Below, piece by piece: positions 9,211 through 18,220 of a stretch of 30,562 nt of DNA. Origin of the DNA: a virus (Duplodnaviria; Caudoviricetes); the IMG/VR virus record IMGVR_UViG_3300037408_000578, positions 1 through 30,562 of that record; one strand, 5' to 3'. Made by a program: the position numbers and the translations under genes. The notes beneath the pieces were generated by a model. The model saw only the letters and a program-made list of their open reading frames with translations. It was not told the DNA's origin and did no database searches. Positions within the stretch are counted from its first letter, which is position 1. Each line of letters starts with the position of its first letter.

Positions 9211-9660
9211 TTACTTTTTTCCCTTAGTAGCACCAAACAAAGTTTTTTTCTGTGTTTCTTTTGTTACAGGTGTAATTGTAGGTTTAGAATAGGGTTTCTT
9301 TTCTTCTTTTTTATCTACAGGTTCTGTAATTACCTCTGGCTCTGTAACTACCTCAGGTTCTGTAACTACCCCAGGCTCTGTAACTATCTCAGGTTCTGTA
9401 ACTACCTCAGGTTCTGATATATCTGAGGGGGCTCTATGTTCTATCACTTTAACACCTGATATCTTCTCATAAGTTTCATCTGGTACAAGTATTAAATTAG
9501 CAGGAGCTAATAACTTGTAGTATGCAATTTCTTCTTTACTTAAATCATTGATCCTAATACCTCTATTAGTAGGTAGTACGGTCTTTTTAAAGTTACCATA
9601 GGTAGTTATCCTAACCTCTCCTAAAGATCTATTTACTAAATACATATATAGTTCCTCCAT
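9211..9660 (-). CDS. hypothetical virion-associated protein with Pro/Glu repeat linker
   Basis: 149-aa ORF directly after the capsid gene; EPEVVT repeats and a basic C-terminus. Confidence 0.75.
   Translation of the reverse strand: MEELYMYLVNRSLGEVRITTYGNFKKTVLPTNRGIRINDLSKEEIAYYKLLAPANLILVPDETYEKISGVKVIEHRAPSDISEPEVVTEPEIVTEPGVVTEPEVVTEPEVITEPVDKKEEKKPYSKPTITPVTKETQKKTLFGATKGKK
9319..9417. repeat. 18-bp coding tandem repeat (EPEVVT)
   Basis: aggttctgtaactacctc and variants, about 5.5 copies. Confidence 0.9.
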
Positions 9661-9679
9661 CCAAGTCCTTTAAATTTAA

Positions 9680-9708
9680 TAGGAAAGGAAGTAAAACTTC
9701 CTTCCCTA
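9680..9708 (-). terminator. hairpin downstream of major capsid gene (terminator or stabiliser)
   Basis: TAGGGAAGGAAGT-TTT-ACTTCCTTTCCTA stem with one G-U pair; weak U-tract. Confidence 0.55.
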
Positions 9709-9752
9709 AATATATTACATAACTGTATATTTAATTAAAACTACCTTTTATC

Positions 9753-9941
9753 TTATACAAAAGGAGATACAGGTACATTATCAATAAGAGTAATCTTGTG
9801 ATACATATTAGGATTAACAACCTTCTTAGCGTATAGAGTACAGAAACCTCTTTTAGCGTGGAAGTTTTCATCAATTAGTAAAGGTGTTGCAAAGATTGGA
9901 ATATAAGGAGCATAGATATATCCAGCTTCTATGAACATTTC
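9753..9941 (-). CDS. major capsid protein (gp23-like), exon 2
   Basis: EMFIEAGYIYAPYIP...RGFCTLYAKKVVNP is the conserved gp23-family C-terminus (GYxYAPYxP); joins exon 1 in frame after intron removal. Confidence 0.9.
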   Translation of the reverse strand, partial: EMFIEAGYIYAPYIPIFATPLLIDENFHAKRGFCTLYAKKVVNPNMYHKITLIDNVPVSPFV

Positions 9942-11335
9942 CATTGTGTTGTGCAATATCGTTAGTGTTCTCATTAAAACACCTCTCTTATCGCTCTCTA
10001 GGGTTTCCCTAGATGTTCTGACTATATCATCACCCTATTTCTAGGGGTTTCGCACTTCCGATTAAGGGAATCTCACCCGCTCACTTGAGCCGTACTCCTG
10101 TTGACGTATTTCACGTCCGAGGGATAGTCGATGAACTTTCTTCTATACAATCTTTAAAGGTATTTATATCTTGTAATGTGTCCTCTCCAATATGTTTTAT
10201 TCTTCTTCCTTGATGTAACACACAATCTAATTTTATTTTATTTACACTATCACACATAAAAATATTTGGTTTAACTTCTAAGAATAAATCTAGCTCTCTA
10301 ATATAAAAATCTGGGATATATACATGCTCTTTATTTTCAATGGTATATTTAAAATCAAATCCCTCATATACAAACTCATACTTTAAAGTATCAAGATACT
10401 TACAAACCAGGTATTCCCAAGAACTTCTTAAAAATATTTCTTTTCCCTCTAATGTTATATAGGGTTTCTTGGAATGACCTCTAGCATTTTTTATTCTATA
10501 ATCCCTATCTTTCCATAGTTCTTTACTCTTATCTGACTTATTCTGGATTATAGTAGGTCTACTTGATACTTCTTGTTGAATCCTTCTTACTTTTTCTTTA
10601 TATTCAGGAGTATTATATACCAATTTCATTTTATCCCTAAATTCTTGTGTTTTCCATCTACTTTTTAAAGAGTTTGATTTCTTTTCCTGTATCCCTAATC
10701 TATTTTGAGTCTTTAGATGAATTATTCTCATCTTCTCTTTATATTCATTATATCCCCAGACTGCTTTCATTTTCTCAGATTTATTTTTTAGGAAGATTTT
10801 ATCTCTATTTACTTCTTTAATTTTACGAGATAGTGTTTTTCTTACATCTTCCCTACTATTAATCTCTGTATTAATTACTTGCATCTTATCTCTAAAATCT
10901 TTACTACATATACTAGAGTTAGGATATAATTCTTTAAACTGGGATACCGTCAAACCATGCTTCTTTAAATGTGTTGTGTTTATCAAGGAAAAACTATTCT
11001 CACATATAGGACACTTTACCTTACTACTCATGTTCTCATCTCCCCAATTAATATACTACTATACTAACCAGTTTAAATAAACACTTTCATACTATATACC
11101 TTTTTTGTTATTTCATGTATAAAAGCTTAGCTGCTCCGATAACCCATTGTATTGATACTTAGGATTTAACCATATATCAATCCTGTAACTTTTTTCTACT
11201 TTCGTAACCGTCACACTTACCGATTAGGGTTATGTTGTGGTATACAGGCTTTAGGGCTTTCCAGCAGTTCACGAAATTATTCAATCCTGATTTCTCAAGA
11301 AGGGGGCAAAATGCTTAAGAAGCCATTCTATGTTC
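9942..11335 (-). mobile_element. group I self-splicing intron in the major capsid gene
   Basis: P element AACTGCTGGAAA (11269-11258); Q-like GAGCAGC; R TTCATCGACTA and S GATATAGTC forming P7 (10129-10125 / 10024-10020); P3 TTTCGT/GCGAAA; P8 CCCTA-GAAA-TAGGG; P9 CTAGGG..CCCTAG. 5' exon ends in U (GGT, 11336) and the intron ends in G (9942); P10 GAACAT/ATGTTC. Exact junctions are inferred. Confidence 0.9.
10111..11031 (-). CDS. intron-encoded putative homing endonuclease, PD-(D/E)XK type with N-terminal zinc finger
   Basis: CPIC...HLKKH zinc finger, central basic helical repeats (NUMOD3-like; K.S...K..W), C-terminal RSSWE...YE...YIPDFY...LEVK nuclease motif; lies inside the intron P6 loop. Confidence 0.8.
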   Translation of the reverse strand: MSSKVKCPICENSFSLINTTHLKKHGLTVSQFKELYPNSSICSKDFRDKMQVINTEINSREDVRKTLSRKIKEVNRDKIFLKNKSEKMKAVWGYNEYKEKMRIIHLKTQNRLGIQEKKSNSLKSRWKTQEFRDKMKLVYNTPEYKEKVRRIQQEVSSRPTIIQNKSDKSKELWKDRDYRIKNARGHSKKPYITLEGKEIFLRSSWEYLVCKYLDTLKYEFVYEGFDFKYTIENKEHVYIPDFYIRELDLFLEVKPNIFMCDSVNKIKLDCVLHQGRRIKHIGEDTLQDINTFKDCIEESSSTIPRT

Positions 11336-12571
11336 ACCCTTAGCACCAATAAGCATTGCAGTAGTAGCATAATTAGGGTTCTTGTATACTGTGAATTTTC
11401 CATCAAGGATACCAGCTAAGTGAGGTCCACCAACTATACCACTAGTAGTAGCTCTTTGGAAATAATCTTTACCAAGTGATTCAAGTACAGTAGCACCTTC
11501 TTTACCAGTAACAATGAAAGAACCTTCATATCTCTTAGTTAATCCAAGAATTGTATTAGAAGCATTATTAATAGCATCTAATATATTCAATTTGTAGTCA
11601 TTATCTTGCATTCCTTTATAAGGAGCATTCATGTTCCAAGTAGAACTAGAAGCTGCGATATTAAGAAGATCAATCATGATTTCATTATCGATTTCAAATC
11701 CAATTTCTCCAGAAGTAGCTTTCATGATAACTTGATCCATGTCTAAACCAAAAGACATTTTAAGGTCATAAGCAACGTCAAAGAGATAAATTGATTTTAG
11801 CTTTCTAGGTCTAGCAACAACAGGCTCACTAACAACAGTAGTATCAACTTCAGGCACAGCGGCATCAAATGAATTAAGGTCATATTCCCACTCAATAATG
11901 ATATCGACACCATTTGTTGAAGAAGCCAAATCTAGATGTACAACACCTGATGTATATGTTACATGTTTATTTGTTGCTCCACCAGCCACCAAAGTACCTA
12001 CTAGGGTTCCGTTTCCGTCATCTGTAGCTGTTTTTGATCCGTCAGAAATTGTAACAGTTCCAGGTTTGATAGGTACATATGATAGAGTTTTTTCTATAGT
12101 TTGAGGAGAACCCGTTCCTGTTCCAAAAAGTTCACCAGTAATTTTTTCTCCCGAATAATCATAACCACTAAATCCTGTGTTAGGTGTAAGCATGTCACCA
12201 CCTAAAGGAATAGCTCCTTTTTTAGCGGCATATTTAAATTTCAAGAAAAATACTTGTCCATTTCTTCTATCGAGCGGTTGCACCGACACAATGTCGTTAG
12301 CAATTAGATTAGGCATAACGGCAGTGACTATATCAAACACTTGTGATTGGAAAGTAGAAATCATAGAAATATCAGTTCCTTCTACGATAGCTTGACCATG
12401 TGACAGTCTACCTTTAGCCATTTCAATTTCAGTTTTAGTATTTTCCAAAAGTATCGCAAGTTGAGTAGCTTCGATATCTGAAAAACCATCAACATGTTCT
12501 TTAACTACTCCAATATAATCTTTCCAATCTTCCATAAGTGGTCTATATGCTTCATAAACATTAGTTCTCAT
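11336..12571 (-). CDS. major capsid protein (gp23-like), exon 1
   Basis: LAILLEN, PNLIANDIVSVQP, GQVFFLKFKY, VARPRKLK, AYDLK..GLD, EIGFEIDNEI motifs; AGGAGG RBS. Predicted spliced product 412 + 62 = 474 aa. Confidence 0.93.
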
Positions 12572-12591
12572 GTATAATTCCTCCTATAAAT

Positions 12592-14376
12592 TTATTGTAT
12601 TAGTTTACCTCTACGGTTATTTGTGAACATACCGCTAAGTCGTTCTTTATTTGTTTTTGAATACTCAGGTTCTGTATCATTAGTGTCTATCCCTATAACC
12701 TCAAGAACATTTTCCTTAGAAGATACAGACTCACAAGCAATATGAATATCTTCTGCTGTATAATTCTCATCCAGTTTTTCAAGTATGTTATTAGGGTTAG
12801 CTCCATAATGACTACAAACCGATTTTAAAAGGTCTTCTCTACATCTCTGAAGAGTACTTTCTACTAGGATAATCTTCTTATTTAATGATCCTATACTTTC
12901 ATTTAACAAACTTATTTTTTCAGAGGAATCTTGGTATCTTCCTTTATAAGTTTTCAATTCATGTATAAGCTCATCATTTTCTTTAACAACAGTATCAATT
13001 CCTTCATTGACTTTAGAGCATCTATCTTCCAGTTTTCTCACCTTAGCTTTGTATGAATTTAAGTCTTCTATATTCATAGCATAGGATTCTTTTAGAGCTG
13101 TTAGTTCCTTAAAGGTATTTCCAAGCTCTATAGCTACTTTATCGTAATCTGAGAATTTCTGTAGATTTTCTACTTCTTGTTTGATAGAGGTACTCTCATC
13201 AATTTTGGATTGTAATTGTTGTTGAAGTTCCCTAATTTCAGTATCTTTGTCTTTTAAAATATACTGAGTTTTGACTAAATCATTTTTCAAAACTTTCATC
13301 TCAAGAACTTGTAATTCTCTATCATCTTCTGAATCTTTGTACTCTTTAATAGTGTTATTGAGTTCTCGGTTCTTTTCAGATAGGGTTTTTACTTGTTCTT
13401 CAAAAGTATTTTTTTCTTCATTTAGTTTCTCTAAAGTATCAGAAAAACTTTTGTTACTCTCAGTCAAAGTTGTTGATTTATTTAATAGGGCTTCCAACTT
13501 AGATTTTAAATCCTCTACAGTTTCATTAGTCTTCATTAGTTGAGTTTCAGCTTGAGTTTTATCAAACTTTAGGGAATTAATTTGTTTGTAGCTTTCTTTT
13601 AAAAGGCACAAAGTGGTTCCTTTTAAACTTTCAGTTACATCCTCTTTCTTTTCCTTCTCAACATCCAAACCTTCAAGAACAGAGAGTTCTCTATCTAAAT
13701 TGTAACCTTCTTGTACACTATATATAAAATCTTTTAACACTTCCCTATCTTTTTTACTAGACTCACTAATAATTTGTAAAAGTTTATTGTGAGCTTCCTC
13801 AGATATTTCTATATTTTTAATTACCTCAGTACCCTCATTTAGAGGTCTAGCACTTTTAACTGAGGGAAAAGGTACAGCATCAAAAGTTACAAAATGATAG
13901 GATTCCTCATCTACATCAATATGAGTTTTTCTTTTATGAAGAACTCCCCCAGCTCTAGAAGAGTACCCTATTACACTACCATACTCATAGAGAACATCTA
14001 GTATATTACCTAATGGTGTATCTAAGATATCAATAGTAGCGTACACCTGATTTTTTTCGGGTACTTTATACAAATCAGTTATACTATGAGACACCCTACT
14101 AAAATCTACCTCAAATCGTGCTTCAGGGTGGTTTGCTTCACCAAATAAAGACTTACATTCTTTTTGTTCTTTCACATAATCGGACTCTATAACTCTATCC
14201 CATAATTTTTCTGTATACATTCTATTATTTCTATTAAGATTACCCCATTCAGCAACAGGACCTTTAATAGTTCTTAGAACACCTTTTCTACTAGGAGCAG
14301 TACTTTCATAACACTCTTTTGAGAAAATAGATTCATCACGAATCAGTTCCATACCTTCATGTATCACCCAAATCAC
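12592..14376 (-). CDS. prohead maturation protease (T4 gp21-like) fused to coiled-coil scaffold
   Basis: NRNNRMY, GEANHP, VSHSI, ILDTPLG, GYSSRAGG, TFDAVPFPS motifs in the first ~180 aa; then ~350 aa of heptad-like coiled coil; directly upstream of the capsid gene. Confidence 0.9.
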   Translation of the reverse strand: MIWVIHEGMELIRDESIFSKECYESTAPSRKGVLRTIKGPVAEWGNLNRNNRMYTEKLWDRVIESDYVKEQKECKSLFGEANHPEARFEVDFSRVSHSITDLYKVPEKNQVYATIDILDTPLGNILDVLYEYGSVIGYSSRAGGVLHKRKTHIDVDEESYHFVTFDAVPFPSVKSARPLNEGTEVIKNIEISEEAHNKLLQIISESSKKDREVLKDFIYSVQEGYNLDRELSVLEGLDVEKEKKEDVTESLKGTTLCLLKESYKQINSLKFDKTQAETQLMKTNETVEDLKSKLEALLNKSTTLTESNKSFSDTLEKLNEEKNTFEEQVKTLSEKNRELNNTIKEYKDSEDDRELQVLEMKVLKNDLVKTQYILKDKDTEIRELQQQLQSKIDESTSIKQEVENLQKFSDYDKVAIELGNTFKELTALKESYAMNIEDLNSYKAKVRKLEDRCSKVNEGIDTVVKENDELIHELKTYKGRYQDSSEKISLLNESIGSLNKKIILVESTLQRCREDLLKSVCSHYGANPNNILEKLDENYTAEDIHIACESVSSKENVLEVIGIDTNDTEPEYSKTNKERLSGMFTNNRRGKLIQ

Positions 14377-14419
14377 CTCTCATACAAAGAATAAAAACTA
14401 CGTATCAGAATATATATAT

Positions 14420-14463
14420 AAAAACAAAAAAATAAGAGTTAGTGTTTTCCTATACTCTTATTT
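14420..14463 (-). terminator. intrinsic terminator after the vWA gene
   Basis: AAATAAGAGT...ACTCTTATTT stem followed by TTTTGTTTTT. Confidence 0.7.
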
Positions 14464-14482
14464 CTTATCGAAGTTTCTATTC

Positions 14483-16717
14483 CTATTTTTTAAAAATTAC
14501 ATATCTCTCTGGAGGTCGAGAAAAGAAAGGGTCTATCTTTCTTATCTCAGAAAAATAACTTTCAGCCCCAGGAGTGAATATCCATATCATCTTTCTATAG
14601 TGTTTACGTACATAAGCAGCTATAATATTCATATCCTCACTAAATCCTCTTAATTCAGCATCAGTCAAGATTAAAATTAAATCAGGTATAGGGATTTTTT
14701 TAGTTATAATACCAAGAGGTACACTAACATCCCTAACTTCTTTTCCTGGTAAAGGTCGATTACCAGCTAAAAGTTTTATAGGTGTTGTAACATCTGTACT
14801 ATGAGTAAGTCCAGAAGGTATAATAGATTTTTGAGAACTATTTTCTCCCACAGTCATAGTAGCTAATAAAGGCAATACAGCTTTACTTCCAGCAACAACT
14901 CTATAAGACTGAGAAACAAGATCTATATCACTTTGTCCCCAAGGTATGATATGAAATTTAACCCTTCTAAAGTTTCTAGCTTGAAATAGTGTATCTAAGT
15001 GCTTACAAACAGCTACAAATTTATCATATCCCATAGAAGCAGAGCAGTCTAAAAGTATAGCAATATTTTTTATATCAGGTATATCCTCTTCTAATCCAGG
15101 AGGAGCATCAGGTACTTTTTTATTAATTCTGTTAGGGTTATATGTTATGTCCATACCTAAAGCTCTATCTAATAACTTTTCTAATTTCTTTTTCCAATCA
15201 TTAACATCTTTAGGAGTAAACAGAGATGTAATTTTTTGTAGTCCTAAATCTCCCAAGAGTTTATTTATATCCTCTTGAGCAGCTTTTTCTTTTTCCTGTT
15301 CTAATCTATTCTTATTATTATTACTATTATTATCCTTCTCCTGTTTCTTCCTATTCTCAGAATCAATGAGAGCATCATTCATTAAATCTTTGACTGATCT
15401 TCGAGCTTCTTCATCCTTTGCCCAATCTCCTGAGTCTCCACTAGCCTCTTTTTCTTCTGCCTTTTTCTTTCTATCACCATCTTCTGCTTTTCTAGCGTCA
15501 CTTGTATTTTTTTGAAGTTCTTTCATCAAATCAGAATATCTATCACCTATTTCTGACGTAGGTATATCAGTCAAATCATAATCTTCCTCAGGAGAACCTC
15601 CATTATTACCTGATGGTTCACCTGATGGTTCACCTGATGGTTCACCTGATGGTTCTCCTGATGGTTCTCCTGATGGTTCTCCTGATGGTTCTCCTGATGG
15701 TTCTCCTCCTGGTTCTCCTCCTGGTTCTCCTGATGGTTCACCTGATGGTTCTCCTGTAGGCTCTCCTGTAGGTTCTTTTTTCCCCTCTCGTGGAATTCCT
15801 GGTTCTCCCCCTGGTTCTCCTCCTGTAGGGTCTTTTTTAGAGTCTTTTTTAGAGTCTTTTTTACCTTCTCGTGGAATTCCTGGTTCTCCCCCTGTAGGGT
15901 CTTTTTTATCTCCAGAGTTATCACCTGACGAATCATTACTGGTATCATACAAAGCTACATCATCTAATGAAAAAGCACCCAAACTTCTACCTGTTTTTTG
16001 TATATTAATCGAGGCTTCTGAAATCTCTTGAACTTCGTCTATAATTAAATTTCCATCAGCATCTATATTAGATACTATACCCAACTCTCCAGTAGCTTTT
16101 ATCTTAACCACAGAGCCTACAGATATCTTACTTTTATTTTTTCCACCCTTACCTTTTTCACCATCTTCTCCTTCTTCTCCATCCTGTTTATCAGAAGAAG
16201 ATCCTCCTGTACCTTTTTTACCTTTTCCACCTTCTTTTCCTTCTTTTCCTTCTTCTCCCTCTTCTCCCTCTTCTCCCTCTTCTCCCTCTTCTCCTTCTTC
16301 TCCCTCTTCTCCTTCTTCTCCTTCTTCTCCTTCTTCTCCTTCTTCTCCTTCTTCTCCCTCTTCTCCTTCTTCATCCTGTTTATCAGAAGAAGAGCCTCCA
16401 GGAGCACCAGAACCAGAACCCTCTTTAGGAGGTTTTTTGTCCTCATCTCTTAAATTAATATCAATATCAGAGGGAGGGTTAGATCCTCCACCACCATCTT
16501 CACCATCATCCTCTTCTTCTTCGGGTTCTCCTTCATACATAGCGTCTATCTGTCTTTTTTTAGTGAGATTATCTAATAAATCAATATCCTCTTTTCCAGT
16601 TGGAGGAGGTTCTCCACCTTTAGGTCCTTTCTTAGGTCGAGGTGTTACTAAAAGTACATCTTCAGTTTCTTGGTCTAATATAGGGATATCTGCACCATTA
16701 ATGCTAAATATATTCAT
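14483..16717 (-). CDS. vWA domain protein (DUF2201 C-terminal-like) with long Gly/Glu/Pro repeat linker
   Basis: C-terminal IAILLDCSASM (MIDAS) and LILTDAE, preceded by DWKKKL...TYNPNR typical of DUF2201-type vWA; about 400 aa of mostly low-complexity sequence upstream. Confidence 0.8.
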   Translation of the reverse strand: MNIFSINGADIPILDQETEDVLLVTPRPKKGPKGGEPPPTGKEDIDLLDNLTKKRQIDAMYEGEPEEEEDDGEDGGGGSNPPSDIDINLRDEDKKPPKEGSGSGAPGGSSSDKQDEEGEEGEEGEEGEEGEEGEEGEEGEEGEEGEEGEEGEEGEEGKEGKEGGKGKKGTGGSSSDKQDGEEGEDGEKGKGGKNKSKISVGSVVKIKATGELGIVSNIDADGNLIIDEVQEISEASINIQKTGRSLGAFSLDDVALYDTSNDSSGDNSGDKKDPTGGEPGIPREGKKDSKKDSKKDPTGGEPGGEPGIPREGKKEPTGEPTGEPSGEPSGEPGGEPGGEPSGEPSGEPSGEPSGEPSGEPSGEPSGEPSGNNGGSPEEDYDLTDIPTSEIGDRYSDLMKELQKNTSDARKAEDGDRKKKAEEKEASGDSGDWAKDEEARRSVKDLMNDALIDSENRKKQEKDNNSNNNKNRLEQEKEKAAQEDINKLLGDLGLQKITSLFTPKDVNDWKKKLEKLLDRALGMDITYNPNRINKKVPDAPPGLEEDIPDIKNIAILLDCSASMGYDKFVAVCKHLDTLFQARNFRRVKFHIIPWGQSDIDLVSQSYRVVAGSKAVLPLLATMTVGENSSQKSIIPSGLTHSTDVTTPIKLLAGNRPLPGKEVRDVSVPLGIITKKIPIPDLILILTDAELRGFSEDMNIIAAYVRKHYRKMIWIFTPGAESYFSEIRKIDPFFSRPPERYVIFKK
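15608..15905. repeat. 12-bp coding tandem repeat (GEPS/GEPG/GEPT) plus duplicated KKDPTGGEPG..IPREGKK block
   Basis: cctgatggttc(a/t) units tandemly repeated about 15608-15775; cgtggaattcctggttctcccc occurs twice. Confidence 0.9.
16227..16372. repeat. 9-bp coding tandem repeat (GEE/GKE)
   Basis: ttctcc(t/c)tc units, roughly 15 copies, flanked by a duplicated GGSSSDKQD block. Confidence 0.9.
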
Positions 16718-18166
16718 TTAAACAACACCCCCCTGAGCATTCTTATTTTCAAGTACTTGTTTAGAAATAGTATCAATTAAAGTAGGGTCATCAGGATAAA
16801 CCACTCTTATACCATAACCAGAATCCTCTACAACAACCCCAAGTTTTTTTGTTTTTTTGTCCATCACCTTAGCTCCAACTAAAAGTCCCTCAGCTCTTTT
16901 TTCTACTTTTAAGGTTTTCTTTTCCTCATCAGTAAGACCAGCATTTGCAGGGAGAATATCACCATCTACAAGGGCTTTTATTAGGGAGTTTGCTGTAGAA
17001 ACAAAGACTAAATTACTACTCCTAAAATTAGGACTAGAACCATCACAAAATAATCTAAGAAAAACTACCCCACCAGCAAGATTAGTAAGTGCAGAATTAA
17101 CTACAGAAGATACACCACCAGAATCTTTTACAGACTCTATAGGTATTTTAGTAGTCTTAGACACTATCTCAGCTAGAGTTTGAGAGATATCCTTAAGAGA
17201 TTTAAAAGTCTTAAATCCTCCTCCACCTCTACTAGAGCGTACAGAATATCCTCTACCAATACCATTAGAAAGGAGTAAAGGTTTATTATCATATGTTCCT
17301 GTAACACCTTTAAGAATGTTTCCTAACATAACATTTATATAACTATCTTGGAATACATTATCAAAGTAATGATGAATAGAATTAACATCTAAACTCCCCA
17401 TGCTACTTTCAGTATCATGTCCAATAATATGACTCATTTCATGAGCAAGAAGAAACCCAAGAGTAAAGATATAACAATCAACAAGAGTCTCATGAGTAGT
17501 TTTACCATTAAGAGCCCACTCTTCTAAAGTAGATAATAATACAAAAGAAGGGTTATAAATTAATTCAAACCTTTTCTTTCTTTTATCATACCAAACACCA
17601 AGAGTACCATTAGGGTCTCTTTTAACATCAATAAGGTCAAAAATACTTCTTACTAAATCAAACCTTTTTGCTACAAGATCTAAAGCAGATTTTTTATACG
17701 AAATAAAGAATCTGTCTACATCAGAAGAAGCTACAATATCATTAAACTGATTTGGATCAGCTTTAGGGTTTCTTGAATAATCATCCAAAAAATCAGTAGC
17801 ATCAATATTAGGAACAACTTTTTTTGTATCTACTAATAAACCTGCATCTTCTTTAGTACTTACATCAAATGTAAACAATATTGAGTACCCACTAGAACTT
17901 TTTAAATCGTTTGCAGGTCCAACTCCAACTACTAAGGTCATTTCAGAATTAGTCCCACCAGAAAGTCTATTAGAATCACCAATCTTTAGATAGGGTAGCT
18001 CTTTTCCACTCAAAAACTCCTCAATATCACGAAGCTCAGTAAACTTAATATCTACAGACTCGTTAATAGAAGTTTTAGACTCTACTCCCTCATCTATCAT
18101 AGAAAGTATACCATCATGAATCTTTTTAGATATTCCTCGCTTTCTTACAGGAAACATTTCTACCAC
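16718..18166 (-). CDS. HExxH zinc metallopeptidase (DUF2201 N-terminal-like)
   Basis: TLGV...LIYNPSFV, GFLLAHEMSHIIGH, NVFQDSYIN match the DUF2201_N pattern (YNP.F, HE..H...H, N.a.D..IN). Likely start is the ATG at 18157 after GAGGTG. Confidence 0.8.
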   Translation of the reverse strand: MVEMFPVRKRGISKKIHDGILSMIDEGVESKTSINESVDIKFTELRDIEEFLSGKELPYLKIGDSNRLSGGTNSEMTLVVGVGPANDLKSSSGYSILFTFDVSTKEDAGLLVDTKKVVPNIDATDFLDDYSRNPKADPNQFNDIVASSDVDRFFISYKKSALDLVAKRFDLVRSIFDLIDVKRDPNGTLGVWYDKRKKRFELIYNPSFVLLSTLEEWALNGKTTHETLVDCYIFTLGFLLAHEMSHIIGHDTESSMGSLDVNSIHHYFDNVFQDSYINVMLGNILKGVTGTYDNKPLLLSNGIGRGYSVRSSRGGGGFKTFKSLKDISQTLAEIVSKTTKIPIESVKDSGGVSSVVNSALTNLAGGVVFLRLFCDGSSPNFRSSNLVFVSTANSLIKALVDGDILPANAGLTDEEKKTLKVEKRAEGLLVGAKVMDKKTKKLGVVVEDSGYGIRVVYPDDPTLIDTISKQVLENKNAQGGVV

Positions 18167-18220
18167 CTCACAATATAATTATATCATATTTTCAATAAAA
18201 TAAAAAGATAGTGATACTAT

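Noticed and set aside
9942-9974. N-terminus of the 73-aa ORF (MRTLTILHNTM) as a separate gene start
   Set aside because: It lies in the intron 3' end; capsid similarity begins only at about 9941.
15571-15948. 125-aa ORF with QENH repeats
   Set aside because: Alternative-frame reading of the stop-free 12-bp repeat inside the vWA gene.
15608-16372. Repeats as a CRISPR array or collagen domain
   Set aside because: Units are contiguous 9- and 12-mers without unique spacers; the G-E-E run is short and strongly acidic, so a stable triple helix is unsupported.
16117-16446. 109-aa ORF with EKK/EKR repeats
   Set aside because: Alternative-frame reading of the 9-bp repeat; no evidence of an independent start or frameshift signal.
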